Source of the DNA: Lama guanicoe
Lineage: Eukaryota
Assembly (NCBI GenBank): GCA_013239625.1
Contig: MU054212.1
Coordinates: 7,941,412 to 8,005,411 of the forward strand
Direction of reading: 5' to 3'
DNA: 64,000 bases
Below the pieces are notes generated by a model. It saw only the letters and a program-made list of their open reading frames with translations, was not told the origin of the DNA and did not search any database. Shown here piece by piece: positions 50,436 to 62,725 of this stretch. Numbering within the stretch: the first letter of the stretch is position 1; every line of letters begins with the position of its first letter. The translations under genes and the position numbers were made by a program.

Positions 50436-52576
50436 GTAAGTAGTTCAATAGTCCCCAGTGTGCTTATAAAGATTTATAATCATAAGTGGTTATGAGACAC
50501 AAAACAAGGGAGAGACAGGAGTCTAGTTTAAAATTAAGTCTGCCTTAAGTTGAACACTTGCAATTTACAAGAAGCATGCCAATTTTATGATAATGTCCTT
50601 AACAAAGGTCTTGTCCAGAAAGAAAACTTTGCACTAGCCTCTGGGACTTTATCTTCTGGAACTATTTCTTTTTCATAAGAGTAAATTTGTTTAAAATTCT
50701 CAGTGTGACCTATTTATTATATAAGATAACTCACCATTTGATTATGGAGGAAATAGGTCCCTTTGAAAGCCATTCTTTGGTGCCAAGGTCAGCTATTCTG
50801 TGACCCAAGTTCAACATTTTCAGGATGAACCTTAAACATGAAGCCATTTACTAAGAAACTGAAACATCCGCTTTCCAGTGACCAGGTTCAATACAGTAAA
50901 TATCCCAGGCTGGTTAAAAAGCATTCCAAATCCACTTTTTGTCTCATGTCTTAGAGATTAGCGCAAGATGGGAAAGTTTATAAAAAGACAAAAGAAAACC
51001 AGAAATGTTGGTCAAGTTGATTTTGTTCCACCTTTTGCAAAGTTAAGATGAAGCTATTTAATTCTGCTTACTGTTTTAAAGTCTGATGTACCTAACTTGT
51101 CCAAATTCACAGGACACGTTTGTTTAAAATTAGCATCTTTTTTATTAAGTGAAAGTGTCTTGCTCAGAGCAGAATTAATTTCAAATGAGTCTTATGTATC
51201 AAAGACACATTCTAGATAAGTAATACAAAACACTAAGATAGTTTTCAGGACTTCAGCTGATATGTTTAGAGTAGATCAAACAGTGAACCTGCTGTTTTGA
51301 CCTCATCCAACAGATAATGTGTCTTAAAAATACAAAACTACAGTTTAGCACCCAGGCACCGGGAACCAAAAGTTTCAATGAATTTTTGCATGTAGTGCTG
51401 ACTTTTTAAAAACCTGCGTAGCATCACGTCCATATCCATAAATACACTGGGATTAAAAAGTCTACCCTTTCCCCAGAATCTCTTCATTGTACAGTCCAAA
51501 CCAACTGTGACTTCCTTAGATAAAAAAGATAAACGTGACAAATTTGGTTCTTGATCAAGCCAACACAAGTAGATTCTATAGGCTACTGCTTCATCTTCAA
51601 AAAATTCTGCACTATCAGACTGAAATAGAGAATTCTAGTGAAACCAAAGCTTCCTCTGACTCAGAATATCAGAATGATGCCCTGCCCCACCATCCATCTT
51701 CCGAACCCTAAACCTCATCTCATCCTACACGGAACATCTTGCCGTGAACCTGAAATAAGGCTGAAACCTGCTTGGAGATGAAATGAGGATCTTGGCTCTA
51801 TCAGTTTACCTGAACTAAGACACCAGCGACAGGGAGAAAAATGACAGGATGAAATGAAAATTAGGACAGGGGATGACAGACCTGATGCATTTGGTGTTTA
51901 AGACCGTGGACAATTCCGAGGAATATTGAACCCTGTTTTCTTTCCCTAATCATATGAAAACAAAGTGAAGTTTATGGTCTGCTTTGCACTAGGTATCCCG
52001 TCATATGGGCCATTCAGGTAACAGAAAGTCAGGGAATCCCTGTGGTACTGACTGGCATCCTCACCAAGAACAATGAGCAAAGAGGGTACCATATGATTTT
52101 GCAGCTGGATTCGTACAGGCTGGGTATATTGGGAGAGGGCCACTGTCATGGGAAACACAGGGAGATGTTCCCAAAGCTTCAGGAATCCTCCTCTTTCCAT
52201 GAGGATGTAGATTCTGACAATCATCAAGTTTTCGGAGCTTCTCTCTTTAGAAGGCAGTCGACTGCCTCAGAATCTTCACTCCACTGGAAAATATGACTCA
52301 ATAAAATGCCAAGGCTCAAAGCTCATGGATAAACATTCCTTTGGTGTCCAGAGATCTTCCTCCCTGTGATGAATAGACATTCTTTATTCTCAAGGAAATG
52401 TCACTTCCGCGAACACTTCATGAATTTAACTGGAAAGTGTAAAATTGCACATGGGTCCTGGGTAAGATAAGAACTCTGGTCTCCCAGGTCCTGTCTTTGA
52501 GGGATGGTGGATGAGTTTTAACTTGTTTTGACTTGTGCATGTTTTAACTTGCCATCCGCACTGTACTTCATTTTAG

Positions 52577-52660
52577 GCCGCCCAGACCTGTCACCAGCAT
52601 GAATGACACCCTGTTCTCGCACTCTGTCCCCTCCTCAGGAAGTCCTTTTATTACCAGGAG
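52577..52660 (+). CDS. DTNA: DTNA exon (84 nt; PPRPVTSMNDTLFSHSVPSSGSPFITR(R/S))
   Basis: cattttag|GCCGCCC...AGGAG|gtaagt; phase 2-2. Confidence 0.96.
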
Positions 52661-53975
52661 GTAAGTTCCAATCGTGTTATAAAATCAACCCTCTCTTTGG
52701 GAATGAGCCTTGATTCTGTGGCAAGAAAATTATTCTCATTTAAGCCAAGTGTGGAAGATGATTGTTAGAAACTGGTTTGTGAATATCTGTCACAAGTTTC
52801 AGTTGCATTCGTTGGGATGTGATTGGGGATTCATGTCACTTCTGGAAACTTGCATTTACAATCTGTCCATGGTATGAATGCAGAAGACTTTTAAGTTTTA
52901 CTACTGATGACACACGTGCATTCTAGCCCATTGAGAAGGTCACTCTCATAGCACTTAGAATGGCCCATTTAAGCCAGGGAATTGGAATTTCAAGATGCGA
53001 TGGAGCACGCTAAGGACATTCTGAAACATCCCATCACGTAAAGCTCAAGGTAGAAAGGACTCTTCTTGGTGAACTCCTGAGGCTAGAGACTCAAGATCAA
53101 ATTTAGAAATAAAGTTTCTATTTAAATAATCTGTGGATAATAACAAGAACTTTAAAAAGAGAGAGTGCAGACGTGTCTCATCTTTTGCGTGGAGACCCAC
53201 AGCCACGGAAGCACATAGATGAGGCGGGTACTTCTAGACCCAACGCGATAAAACATACAGAGATCGAGAGGCACCCCAAGTCATCTGATCAAATATCACA
53301 AATAAAGCACCAGGGAATTCTTTTTGAAATGCATGGAGAAGGCTCACAGGGAAGCAGAAACAACGGTAAGGAAAACTGGAGTGAGTAATTGAATATAAGA
53401 TTTCAAATGCCTTTCAGTAGGGGGGCAAAAATGGCCTCATGTGTCATAAAATGAACATAGTCAATCTTTTCCCTGAAGAGTTGCTGAGGGGCCAGTTTCC
53501 CTGTGAAGATGTGCAGTGAGGCTCAGAGCACTGCTGATTTTTCCCCCTGAGTTCCTGGATTTGCCCATCAGCAGGGGCCTCAGATGGCGATGCTCCCCAT
53601 AATCGTTAATTAGCAGAGTAAACAGAATGTGGCCATTCGTGGTGTTTCCTTCCTGCCAGTTAAGTATGTGTGAAACAGGTAGAAAGGAGGAGACAATTGA
53701 CCTGCAGGACATGCCCAGTGAAGTCACATGGTTGAGTCCCTCAGCTTGCTCCTTTTAGCCTTCCTTTTTAGAAGCGCCAGCAAATTCAACCATCCTTTTG
53801 AAAACAAAAATCTGAAACTGTGGAGTCTGTTAGAAACCCGGGCCAGTGCCTCTGCCTTGGGAAGACCTGGCGTGATGTTAAGAAAGATGTGCTTTTGTTA
53901 GGCAGCTCTGCATTCTGCAAACGTCGAGCAGAGAGAGACCCCATCCTTACTGAAGGTCATTTTATATCATTTCAG

Positions 53976-54006
53976 CTCGGGCGGTGCTTATGGTGGACGC
54001 GTCTAG
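53976..54006 (+). CDS. DTNA: DTNA alternative terminal exon, coding part (alpha-dystrobrevin-3-type C-terminus (S)SGGAYGGRV*)
   Basis: atttcag|CTCGGGCGGTGCTTATGGTGGACGCGTCTAG, in frame after the 84-nt exon; resembles the short human alpha-DB3 tail as I recall it (SSDGAFGGCV); AATAAA downstream. Confidence 0.85.
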
Positions 54007-54240
54007 ATGGATAACATGGCTTCCTCTCCTCTAAAATGTTCCTATTGTACTTTGAGCTGTTCTGGTTCCTCCAGGGTGCACGGTACCCTTTAACCCAAAA
54101 TATGATCCGTTCCCTTTTTTCCCGGTTTTCAGTCCTTCTGGAATGTTTCCTCTGAAGCACAAGCACATTGCTGAATGTTTGCGGTCCTTCTTTCTCATCG
54201 CGGAGGTTGGCCTCCGTGTTCTGTTTTAAGGGTGCTGTTC

Positions 54241-54246
54241 AATAAA
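54241..54246 (+). terminator. polyadenylation signal of the short (alpha-DB3-type) isoform
   Basis: AATAAA about 235 nt after the TAG, followed by a pyrimidine/GT-rich downstream tract. Confidence 0.75.
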
Positions 54247-54336
54247 GCTGTGTACACGAACGTCTTTCCTCTCTGAGTGGGCCTTGCTCTGTCCAGTGGG
54301 AGGTTTTAACGAGGTCTCGTTGTTTGCATCCCTCAG

Positions 54337-54426
54337 GTTACCTGAGGGGGTGAGTACGTCCAGCCCCGTGGCTGAGGAGCATTCGCTCATACAGCTGTAT
54401 GTAAGTCAGCTTGACCACGGCGCACG
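54337..54426 (+). CDS. DTNA: DTNA 90-nt cassette exon (LPEGVSTSSPVAEEHSLIQLYVSQLDHGA(R)), syntrophin-binding-type motif (exon 11b-type)
   Basis: ccctcag|GTTACCT...GCACG|gtcagt; phase 2-2; inside ORF 54284..54472. Confidence 0.88.
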
Positions 54427-57400
54427 GTCAGTACCCCAGCCCCAAGCACTAATCGTAGCAGTAGTTCCTTAGCGAGACGCTAGTCCTCCATCACTAAAAT
54501 CCTCTTGTAGTGTGCTTCGCTGGAGATAGAGGTCTTCTGGGGTTTCATGAGATTCCACTGAGAATTTCCAACTTGAGCTGGACTGCTCGCCTCTTTTCTC
54601 TCTTTCCCACTTCTGCACTGGTTTTAGTGATTTGATGTCATCGTAACAGTATATATGAGATGCGTATCTATGAAGAGAACCAAATTGGATCTCCTTCTCT
54701 GGACGATTCTCTGCTTTTGTACAGTTTGCAAGACCCCGGATAGTGATTCCTTAGACTTGAATTAAAGAGCCTCTTGAAATGATTTCAGCACAAACTGGGT
54801 GAGGCCAGGCCAGTGTCACAGGTCTGGGGCATATCACAGGAGAAGACCTGGGGACTTAACACCTTGCTGCCCCACTGGCCTTGGGCCATTTTCCCCCGCC
54901 CCAGCTAGGGCAGTCGGCTTCCTCTTGAAGTAGCGAGTTCAAATCCAACGTCCTGCTCTTAGTGCTGAATTTCTCCCACTTGGTAAAGCTGTGCCTTTCC
55001 TGGCCATGTCCGCACACGAAGGCTGATGGAAACCCATCTGTACCAAATGCAGGCAGAAGTGAAAGACCCTGATCTTCCTACGATGGGAACTGAACCACAG
55101 AAACGGGACCTAGAGCTCTGCCCTCACTCTGACCCACCCCCACTGCCCCTTCCAAAACTGGATAAAGCCTGAAACCTGAACAAGCCAAGGATGGTGCTGG
55201 TCAGTGTTAGGGTCACATTAAGAAAGGGAAGAGGTTTGCCCTGCAGGCATTTTATTTAGCCTGAGTTTTTGGTCCTTTGTATTGCAACAGATCTTACAAA
55301 GATAAAGCAGAATGAGGATGAATTGAAATCACCAGAATCCTCACTACAAACGCTCGGTGTTCCTCACCTAGAGTCACTTACGGGCATACCACTTTGATCT
55401 TCAAAGGACACTAGGGTCTATCTTTGAAGTCTTTTGACATCCTGGTAAACCTCACTTACACAGATTGACAAGTGTATAACTCTGTCCCATCCCAGGTTCT
55501 GAAATCTGTTTCTAGCTGTATTTTTGATTCACTTCCCCCTTACTTGAAAGAAAAGAGAGAATTCTCAAAGGCACTCGCCCTTAACCCTAAGTCTTCCTGC
55601 GTGTGTGAGTGTGTGTGTATACACTCAATGCTGATAAGCAGTTAGGAATGATGTGGGTCAAATAACACAATTCATGGACGCATTCATGTCGGTCATTTTC
55701 TTGATCGTAACTATATATCCCTAAACCTAGATTTTCTTATAAATGCATGAAATTTATAGGAGGAAAAAAAAAAGCTGGCTCAGTGGAAATCTATTATCAT
55801 CACTAGGAAAAGAGCTCCAGTGTATGATGGATGATAAGACAGCAATATTAAGCTCATGAAAGATAGCCTGCCAAGATTATAAGTATTATTGCAAGAGCCG
55901 ACTACGAAGTCAGGCCCCAAAGGCCCCCCTTCCCCCTCACTGCTCATAGCCTTGTGTATCTGAACGTCTGCTGTCTCTGTCGGCATCATGGCCCCTTTGT
56001 AACATCTGAACTGTCTTGCCAAAATCCTTGTCTCGTTTCTGTGTGGGAGTCAGCCAGTCCTTTCCTGTGCAAAATAAGTTTCATTAATTATGGCCATCTT
56101 CTTCATAAGCTCCAATAAGGACATTCTCAGAGTTTGAATGGCTAGATTCCTTTACCTCCGATTTGAGAAACATCTCTTGAAGGTTTCACAGATATTTTCG
56201 TAATACATCCTCTAAACTCGTAACCACTCACAGAAAGAATCACTTCAGCTATTATATACAGCATCTAGCCAGATCTTCTGACTCTCCCAAATATCAGAAC
56301 ATTGCTTATGATCCATAGAGTGTGTAGAACACAGTCTAACGTGTTATCCTGGTTTGAAACGTTATCATTTGGTTCATTACTAATACTCTTGTTGGGCCCA
56401 GAAGGGCATATGGGGAAGACACACCGCCCATCCCAAGAACTTCCCAAATCCTGATTCTTCTCAATGGAACAACTTATTTTTGTTGGTTGACTGATTGGTC
56501 AGTTGGTTGATTTGTTTGGGTTTTCAACCACAGAAAGGCTAATTCATGTGTCTTTTTCAGTTTTTTTCAAATACTTTGCTTTCCCAAAGAGTCTTTACCC
56601 AGCAGCCCAGATTTTTAACCTGACATTTAACGTTCAAACTAAATTTTAAGCACTTGTGCTTTGGTCATCAGAAGCGAATAGAAATAAAATTGAGGTACTG
56701 CATTCAGCCTTTGCTTCTGAAAATCAGTTTTCTCCACGGTTAATATTTTCTAAGATTAAAGCCTGTCCCTTTTCAGTCAGGAAAGTAAATACATTTCTAA
56801 ATCAGCATTACAAAATAAGTAATTGATAAATCAACCGCCCTGAAAATGTCTTCATTCTTTTCACACTTTTCTGAGCATGTTGTATGAAATTTGAAAGTAA
56901 ACACTCTCTGCAAATAATTATTTATTCCATGTAACCCCAGAGCTCCACTAATATGCTAGGTTTATTCCAAACCTGAATTAAACTGGTCTTCTTTCAAACC
57001 TTGCATCAAACTCAGCTCTGTTTCCTATACTAAACTGTTAGTGTATAATTAAATCTGCGGTCACCTCTTCTTCACTTCGATAACCTTTATTCTCTTCCTA
57101 GAGTTGCTTTAGTTGTTGTCTGTGCGTCCTGTACCCAGCAAACTTTTCCAGAGCTGTTCTCAGCAAAAATACAATTGATATGCCTTGAGAGTTTCTGGGG
57201 GACAAGATAGTAAATGTAGTGAATCAAATATGACCTAAGAATTCTTATTATTTCTTCCACGGTACCTGCCTACGATGGTTCGACTTTCGTGCCAGCCTGA
57301 ATTGATGACAGCTCATTTTCCCACGGAGATACTAAGCTATGTTTTTATGCTCGTTGGCTGATTTGCATGCAGCAGATATATTATGTTTCAGATCAAGGTA

Positions 57401-58500
57401 TTGAAAGCCAGAAAAAGAAAGGGGAAAATAATTTTTCAAGAAATTCTCTCTTGATGGAACTGACATGTGGACTCTTTTTTATTGTGTTAAAGTTAGTGGG
57501 ATGACCTTGTTACGGACTGTGTTAATAAGAGTGAGAAGTCCAGAACTGACTGTCAGCTAAGGGAGGGGCCGACGTTACCACTGATTCTTCGCAAGCCCAA
57601 ACACCGCACGAGTTTGTCAACTATTTAAGAATCAATAAGAAAGGAAATGTCTGTTCTTAACTTGTCATGCTTCAAATGTCACTTTCCATTTAACCACTGT
57701 GATAATAATTATGCCAGGTTATATAATTTGTTTATATCACACGGGAGACTGCCTCTGGGACTTTTATTCAAGTCCTTTTATTTTCATGTTCAGTAAAAGA
57801 AAAAAACAAATTTGGCCAGAGCTAATAACACAGCAAGTCAGAAGTGGTTTTTAAAACTGTATTGCAGGTTTAAGGAAAATAACCCAGGTAGCGTTCGTGT
57901 GTGATTTTGTTACCTTAGAACACCCCAAAAGTGTTCGCACTTGAGGGAAAAATACTGGCATGAGTTGTTCATCCCCCAAAACTAAAGGGTGAATTTAAAT
58001 AAATGAATATGAAGTATTTTGAAATTGTCCAGTCCTTCCAGAACCCATTGTGCCATTGTGCGTGTGTGTATGAAGAATTCTGGGAAAAGGCCATTTATCT
58101 TTACATATAGTCTTTTCCAGAGTATAAAAAGGAATTAGCGGGAAAATAATTTTTTTTAGAAAAGAATAATCTAAAGGGATATTTCCCGTCTCTCTTCTTT
58201 CAGCAGAACACATGAACTTCAAAATTTATCTTGTCATACCTTCCAGGGTATGATTGTCACCACACCCACTAGTGACAATATGTGTGCAGAGGGATGTGTT
58301 TATACATTGGCAGGTCTTGGTGAAAAGAAAATGATAAGGAGAAAAAGGGACATTAATGCACACCATTTTAGGGATGGTAGCCTTGCTTCTCCGTGGGCTC
58401 AGATTAGATCAGATTTCCCACCCATGGTCAAGAGGAGCCCCGGGTAGCTCCCAGTTTCAGGGGTTAAAAGGAAGAATGCGTTTAAACTTGAAGATGTAGT

Positions 58501-58618
58501 TGGGAGTATAGCTCAGTGGTAGAGGACGTGCTTGGCATGCGCGAGGTCCTGGGCTCAATCCCTGGTGCCTCCATTAAGGGGGAAATAATAAATAAAGATT
58601 TTTTTAAATAAAATAAAT
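58501..58618 (+). mobile_element. Vic-1-type SINE
   Basis: gtatagctcagtggtagag...gaggtcctgggctcaatccc. Confidence 0.8.
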
Positions 58619-60405
58619 TTGAAGACAAGGCACATAGAAGAAAGAGAAGCTTTCAGCGCTACAGGAAAGCCATTGGAACATGTTGACGCACTGACATTCC
58701 GGAGATCCTTACTTCTTGATGAGGTCCTAGGTTCCAGGATTTCCTGACCCCCAAAGCCCACAGTGAATTGGAAATAACACCAAACTTCTCCCAGCAAACT
58801 GCTGGCACCAAGAAATGAAAGTTCAAGCATCTAAATTATGCTATAAGATATTGTGAGAGCACGTTGCTTGAAGAGATCTCCATCCGCTACCTAATGTCAC
58901 TGCCATCACAACAACTCAGGAGAAATTGCTTTTTCACCCTGCTTCCCTCCTTCAAGCTCCTTGGGAGCTACAGACAAAATCCCAGTGAAGACACTTCACG
59001 TGGACCGTCTTTATAGACCCAAGTGTTAAGGGAAACCTGCCTCTGGTCGACTCTCTTAAGTTCTCGATCCATTTTATTTAGAGAGTGGAAGGTTTTTGTC
59101 TCACTTTCCCCAGGCACTTGGCTTCCTCTAGCTATGGTCATACTCTTGGCTTCCCAGAAGTAAGTGATGAGGAGAATTTGAGGCCCATTCTAGGTAGTAA
59201 AGAAACTGTGTGGACAGTGAGTATCAAAAGTCAGAAATGCTCTTGGCACTAGGGACTAAAAACTGTAGCAAAATGAGATAAATGGCTTATTTCCACAAAC
59301 TCATAAATGCAGATAATGTAATCCCCGTATATTCCAAGAATGGGTTTTCCCAAGGACTCACGCGGGAAAGGAAGGGAGCATGAAAGAACTTGAATGATGC
59401 CTTCGAACCAGCACTGGCAAGTGCCGAGGCAAAGAAAATGACCACAAAAGGACGAGAGATGTGCGTATGTAAACATCTGCTCATCCCTTTCAGGGAGGAA
59501 GGGACCTGGGAAGAAGAGGGGAGACAGGCAAGTGGAGAAGAGGAAGGAGAGAGAGGACCAAAGAGTTGGAGAGAAGGGGAGACTGAGCCCATCCAAGGGA
59601 AAATCTGAGCAGCCACTCACTTCCTGCCACCACCCCTGTGCCACACTGATGTGCTCAGGCTCCGCCAGCGCTGGTGCTGGTCGGGGAGCCAGTGGTGGGG
59701 TGCACGTCGCTGACACGTCACCTTCCTCCCACCAGACGTCACCAGAGTAATTTGTAACAAGCACACACATCCTCGTGGTCGATCCCCTTGTGTTGCTTTT
59801 TTTTCTTCTTGCGCATTCATCCTTGGAAGCTGTACCTCTGTAATTAGTAGACTTTTGATTTAAGGCAGTATCACCACAATTTCTGGAATTGAAGGGGCAA
59901 TGAAGCAAAACCAGGCAGGGAGGTCGTTTCGTGTGGAGGGAAAAATCATTACTATTTCACACGGTGTTTTGAGTGGCTTTGCAGGGATCTGAAATCAATT
60001 CTATAGCAGGTAGACCTAGCTTGTGTTATTTAAAAAAAAAAAGTGGGGGGAGTGACTGGGCAGCAGTGAGACTGTGGTTGCTGGGTAATGAACAGAAGGG
60101 GGCGTGTTTCAGGAGACAGGTGTGGCATGCTGTGTCAATGGGATGATGGGGAAATCAATTCCAACGGCAGAAGGTGGTAATTGGCCCTGATGGGCAGGTT
60201 TCGTAGTCTGAGAAGGTGAAGATCAATATGCTAAAAATAATAAGTTCATCAGGAAAGTAAATTCTCCTAGAGCATTCATTTCATTGTTAAAGTCAATTTC
60301 ATTTCTGCACAGTGATTATTTTTAAGCAATAGGTGCATTCCTGAAAAGCTGAGCGAACGTATACATCCAACAAACAGGAATGCCTACTGAATACTAGGTG
60401 TTTTC

Positions 60406-60693
60406 AGGGGGTGGGGGCTGAGAAGAGATAGACTGGGATTTCAAAATTGTAGAATAGATAAACAAGATTATACTGTATAGCACAGGGAAATATATACAAG
60501 ATCTTATGGTAGCTCACAGAGAAAGGAATGTGACAATGAATATATATTTCACTGGAATTTGACACAACATTGTAAAATGATTATAAATCAATAAAAAATG
60601 TTAAAAAAAATAAGTAAATAAATAAGTAAAACTAATTACCTCCTCCTCCAAAAAAAAAGTAATTAAAAAATGTACTAAATCTAAAAAAAAAAA
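60406..60693 (+). mobile_element. composite retroelement: L1 3' UTR, SINE tail, extra segment and poly(A)
   Basis: same L1 subfamily as 39960-40199; TSD actaggtRttttc at 60393-60405 and 60694-60706. Confidence 0.8.
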
Positions 60694-61970
60694 ACTAGGT
60701 ATTTTCTTTATAAATCGGAGTTGATTTTAAATTTACCAGAAGCCTCACTATTTAAGGAATCTTATAATATATAGTATTCTAAAACAAGAATTCCAGTTAT
60801 AATGTGCATCATTCTAATGTGATATTCATTTATAAGTTTCTATATTAGCATTTTGTGGTCTGAAAAGGTGGTCCTTTGTAGTAAAACTTGTAGTTAAAGA
60901 TTTTAAAACTTTATTAGCCATCCTTATACATACATATATATATTAGATTTAGAACTTCTTGAAAAGCTGGAAATGTTTGTGGTAAAAAAAAAACCTCATA
61001 ACCTCATTTAAAAATTTGGTGTTCAAACAAAATCAGACAGTTCATTTTTGTGTTCTCCATGAAGAGAGAGAAGGATGGTTTTGGGTACACCAGTGATGCA
61101 GAGCAAATTCTTAACCTGGGAAAGAGCAAACTTTCTTCAAGCACAAGTCCAGTTCTAACACTAAACATCATAGCATGTTTCCCAATGAAGCATGCCTATT
61201 GGTTACACTAAATCTTGGTGACTTTGGCTTGGACGCATTTTATTATTATTTCTATTTCTATTTATCCTTAAGTAAAACTACATTAAACTTTTTAAATTGT
61301 CATTAATATTATTAATTAAATTGAATATTCTTCCTAATAAATCTAAAATGGTCAGAATTTGCTACATGGATGGGACTCTATTCACCAGCTAAAGACACAA
61401 GGAACATGGATGTATATGTATGAGGTTCAAAGGTTTATTTCTCTGTTTCTCTGAAAGTTTTCTTCGCAGCCTCACAGCCAAGGTCAGGTGACTTGTGCCT
61501 GAGGTAGCGAAGCTGGTTAATATGCCGCCAGCCTCTAACTCGGTGATTTTCAAGTCTCTAGTCAACACGGAAACGCGGAGACCATAGGGCAGACTGGGGA
61601 AGTAAACTCCTTGTGTGGGATCTGAAGGCTGGCAGGACCTAGTGGACCCTTGGTCTGTGTGCAGGATGGCCTGTAACAGACGCTGACGGCATTTTCACTG
61701 TGTCTCGGCATATGCCATCGATTTGAGCAAATAGCAGAGGGCAAATCTGGGATCGAGGTGGCTTGTGTAGTTGTAACTGTGGTTCTCAGCCCAGGTTTCT
61801 ACTCCTAGTCCAACTCTGTGGAAATCTGGAAACATCTTGAACGTTTCAAAATACTGAAAGAGCTGTCCAAGTGGAGCGCGGAGGTAGACGGGAGTTTGTG
61901 TTGCCAGTGTCTCTTCTTGAATGCATTGCCGTGTTTACGCTCTTCTTGGCTTTCCCATCTTATTAACCAG

Positions 61971-62048
61971 CTCTTCTCCCAAGGACAGTGAAGTAGAGCA
62001 GAGCAAACTGCTGGCTAGGGCTGCTCCAGCTTTGCTGAAGGGCAGAGG
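61971..62048 (+). CDS. DTNA: DTNA 78-nt cassette exon (SSPKDSEVEQSKLLARAAPALLKGR(G)), muscle-type variable region
   Basis: ttaaccag|CTCTTCT...AGAGG|gtaagt; phase 2-2. Confidence 0.93.
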
Positions 62049-62632
62049 GTAAGTTCAAGCCAGAGTGTGCTCGAGTCCTGAATTAACTGAACTAAAAATG
62101 CGGGTTTTCTTGTGTTAAAAATGCTTTGTGTTTGAAAGACCGTCTTTGATGTCGTCACAGCGGCTCTGCCATAACCCCATTAACAGCACCGAATAGTTAT
62201 TTTGAGCAGGCACATCTGTGTTGTTACCTTCCCTCATTTCCTTTCTTTTTTTTTTTAAATGACTAAGCTTCAGATTTGGTTTTCCAAAGGATAATCTTTG
62301 CTTGCAGCCGATTTCAGTGCATTTACTGTACTGATAAATTTCTTGGCCTTAGTGGTTTGAAGAATGCGAATCTGTTTTCTTAAAAGTTACTCTCCCTAAG
62401 TGGAAATCTTTAATTTTTTGTAAAGATGGTGAAATGGAATTGTGAATTCCCTTGCTTGGATTTTGCTTGTGGGTTTTTTGGGTTTTTTTTTCCATAGACC
62501 ATCACTTAGTTTCCCTTTACTTTGCTTGGTTTTCTGAATGTCCTTTCTCCCGCAAACTCACTCCTACCCGTTCCACTTGGTCCTGTCCACCTGTCCTAAC
62601 GGCACCCTTTCTCTCCTCCCGCCCTGTTTCAG

Positions 62633-62725
62633 GATACAGTACAGCCTGAACGTGGCAGACAGGCTGGCCGACGAACATGTTCTCATTGGGTTATATGTCA
62701 ACATGCTCCGGAACAACCCATCATG
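62633..62725 (+). CDS. DTNA: DTNA 93-nt cassette exon (IQYSLNVADRLADEHVLIGLYVNMLRNNPS), syntrophin-binding site
   Basis: tgtttcag|GATACAG...TCATG|gttagt; inside ORF 62538..62852; branch-point-like cctaac upstream. Confidence 0.95.

Noticed and set aside
54427..54472. Read-through of the 90-nt exon donor giving an SVPQPQALIVAVVP* tail
   Set aside because: No nearby canonical poly(A) signal seen; cannot be supported without transcript data
59249..59908. 219-aa minus-strand ORF
   Set aside because: Its composition reflects a purine-rich tract; no recognisable homology or splice support
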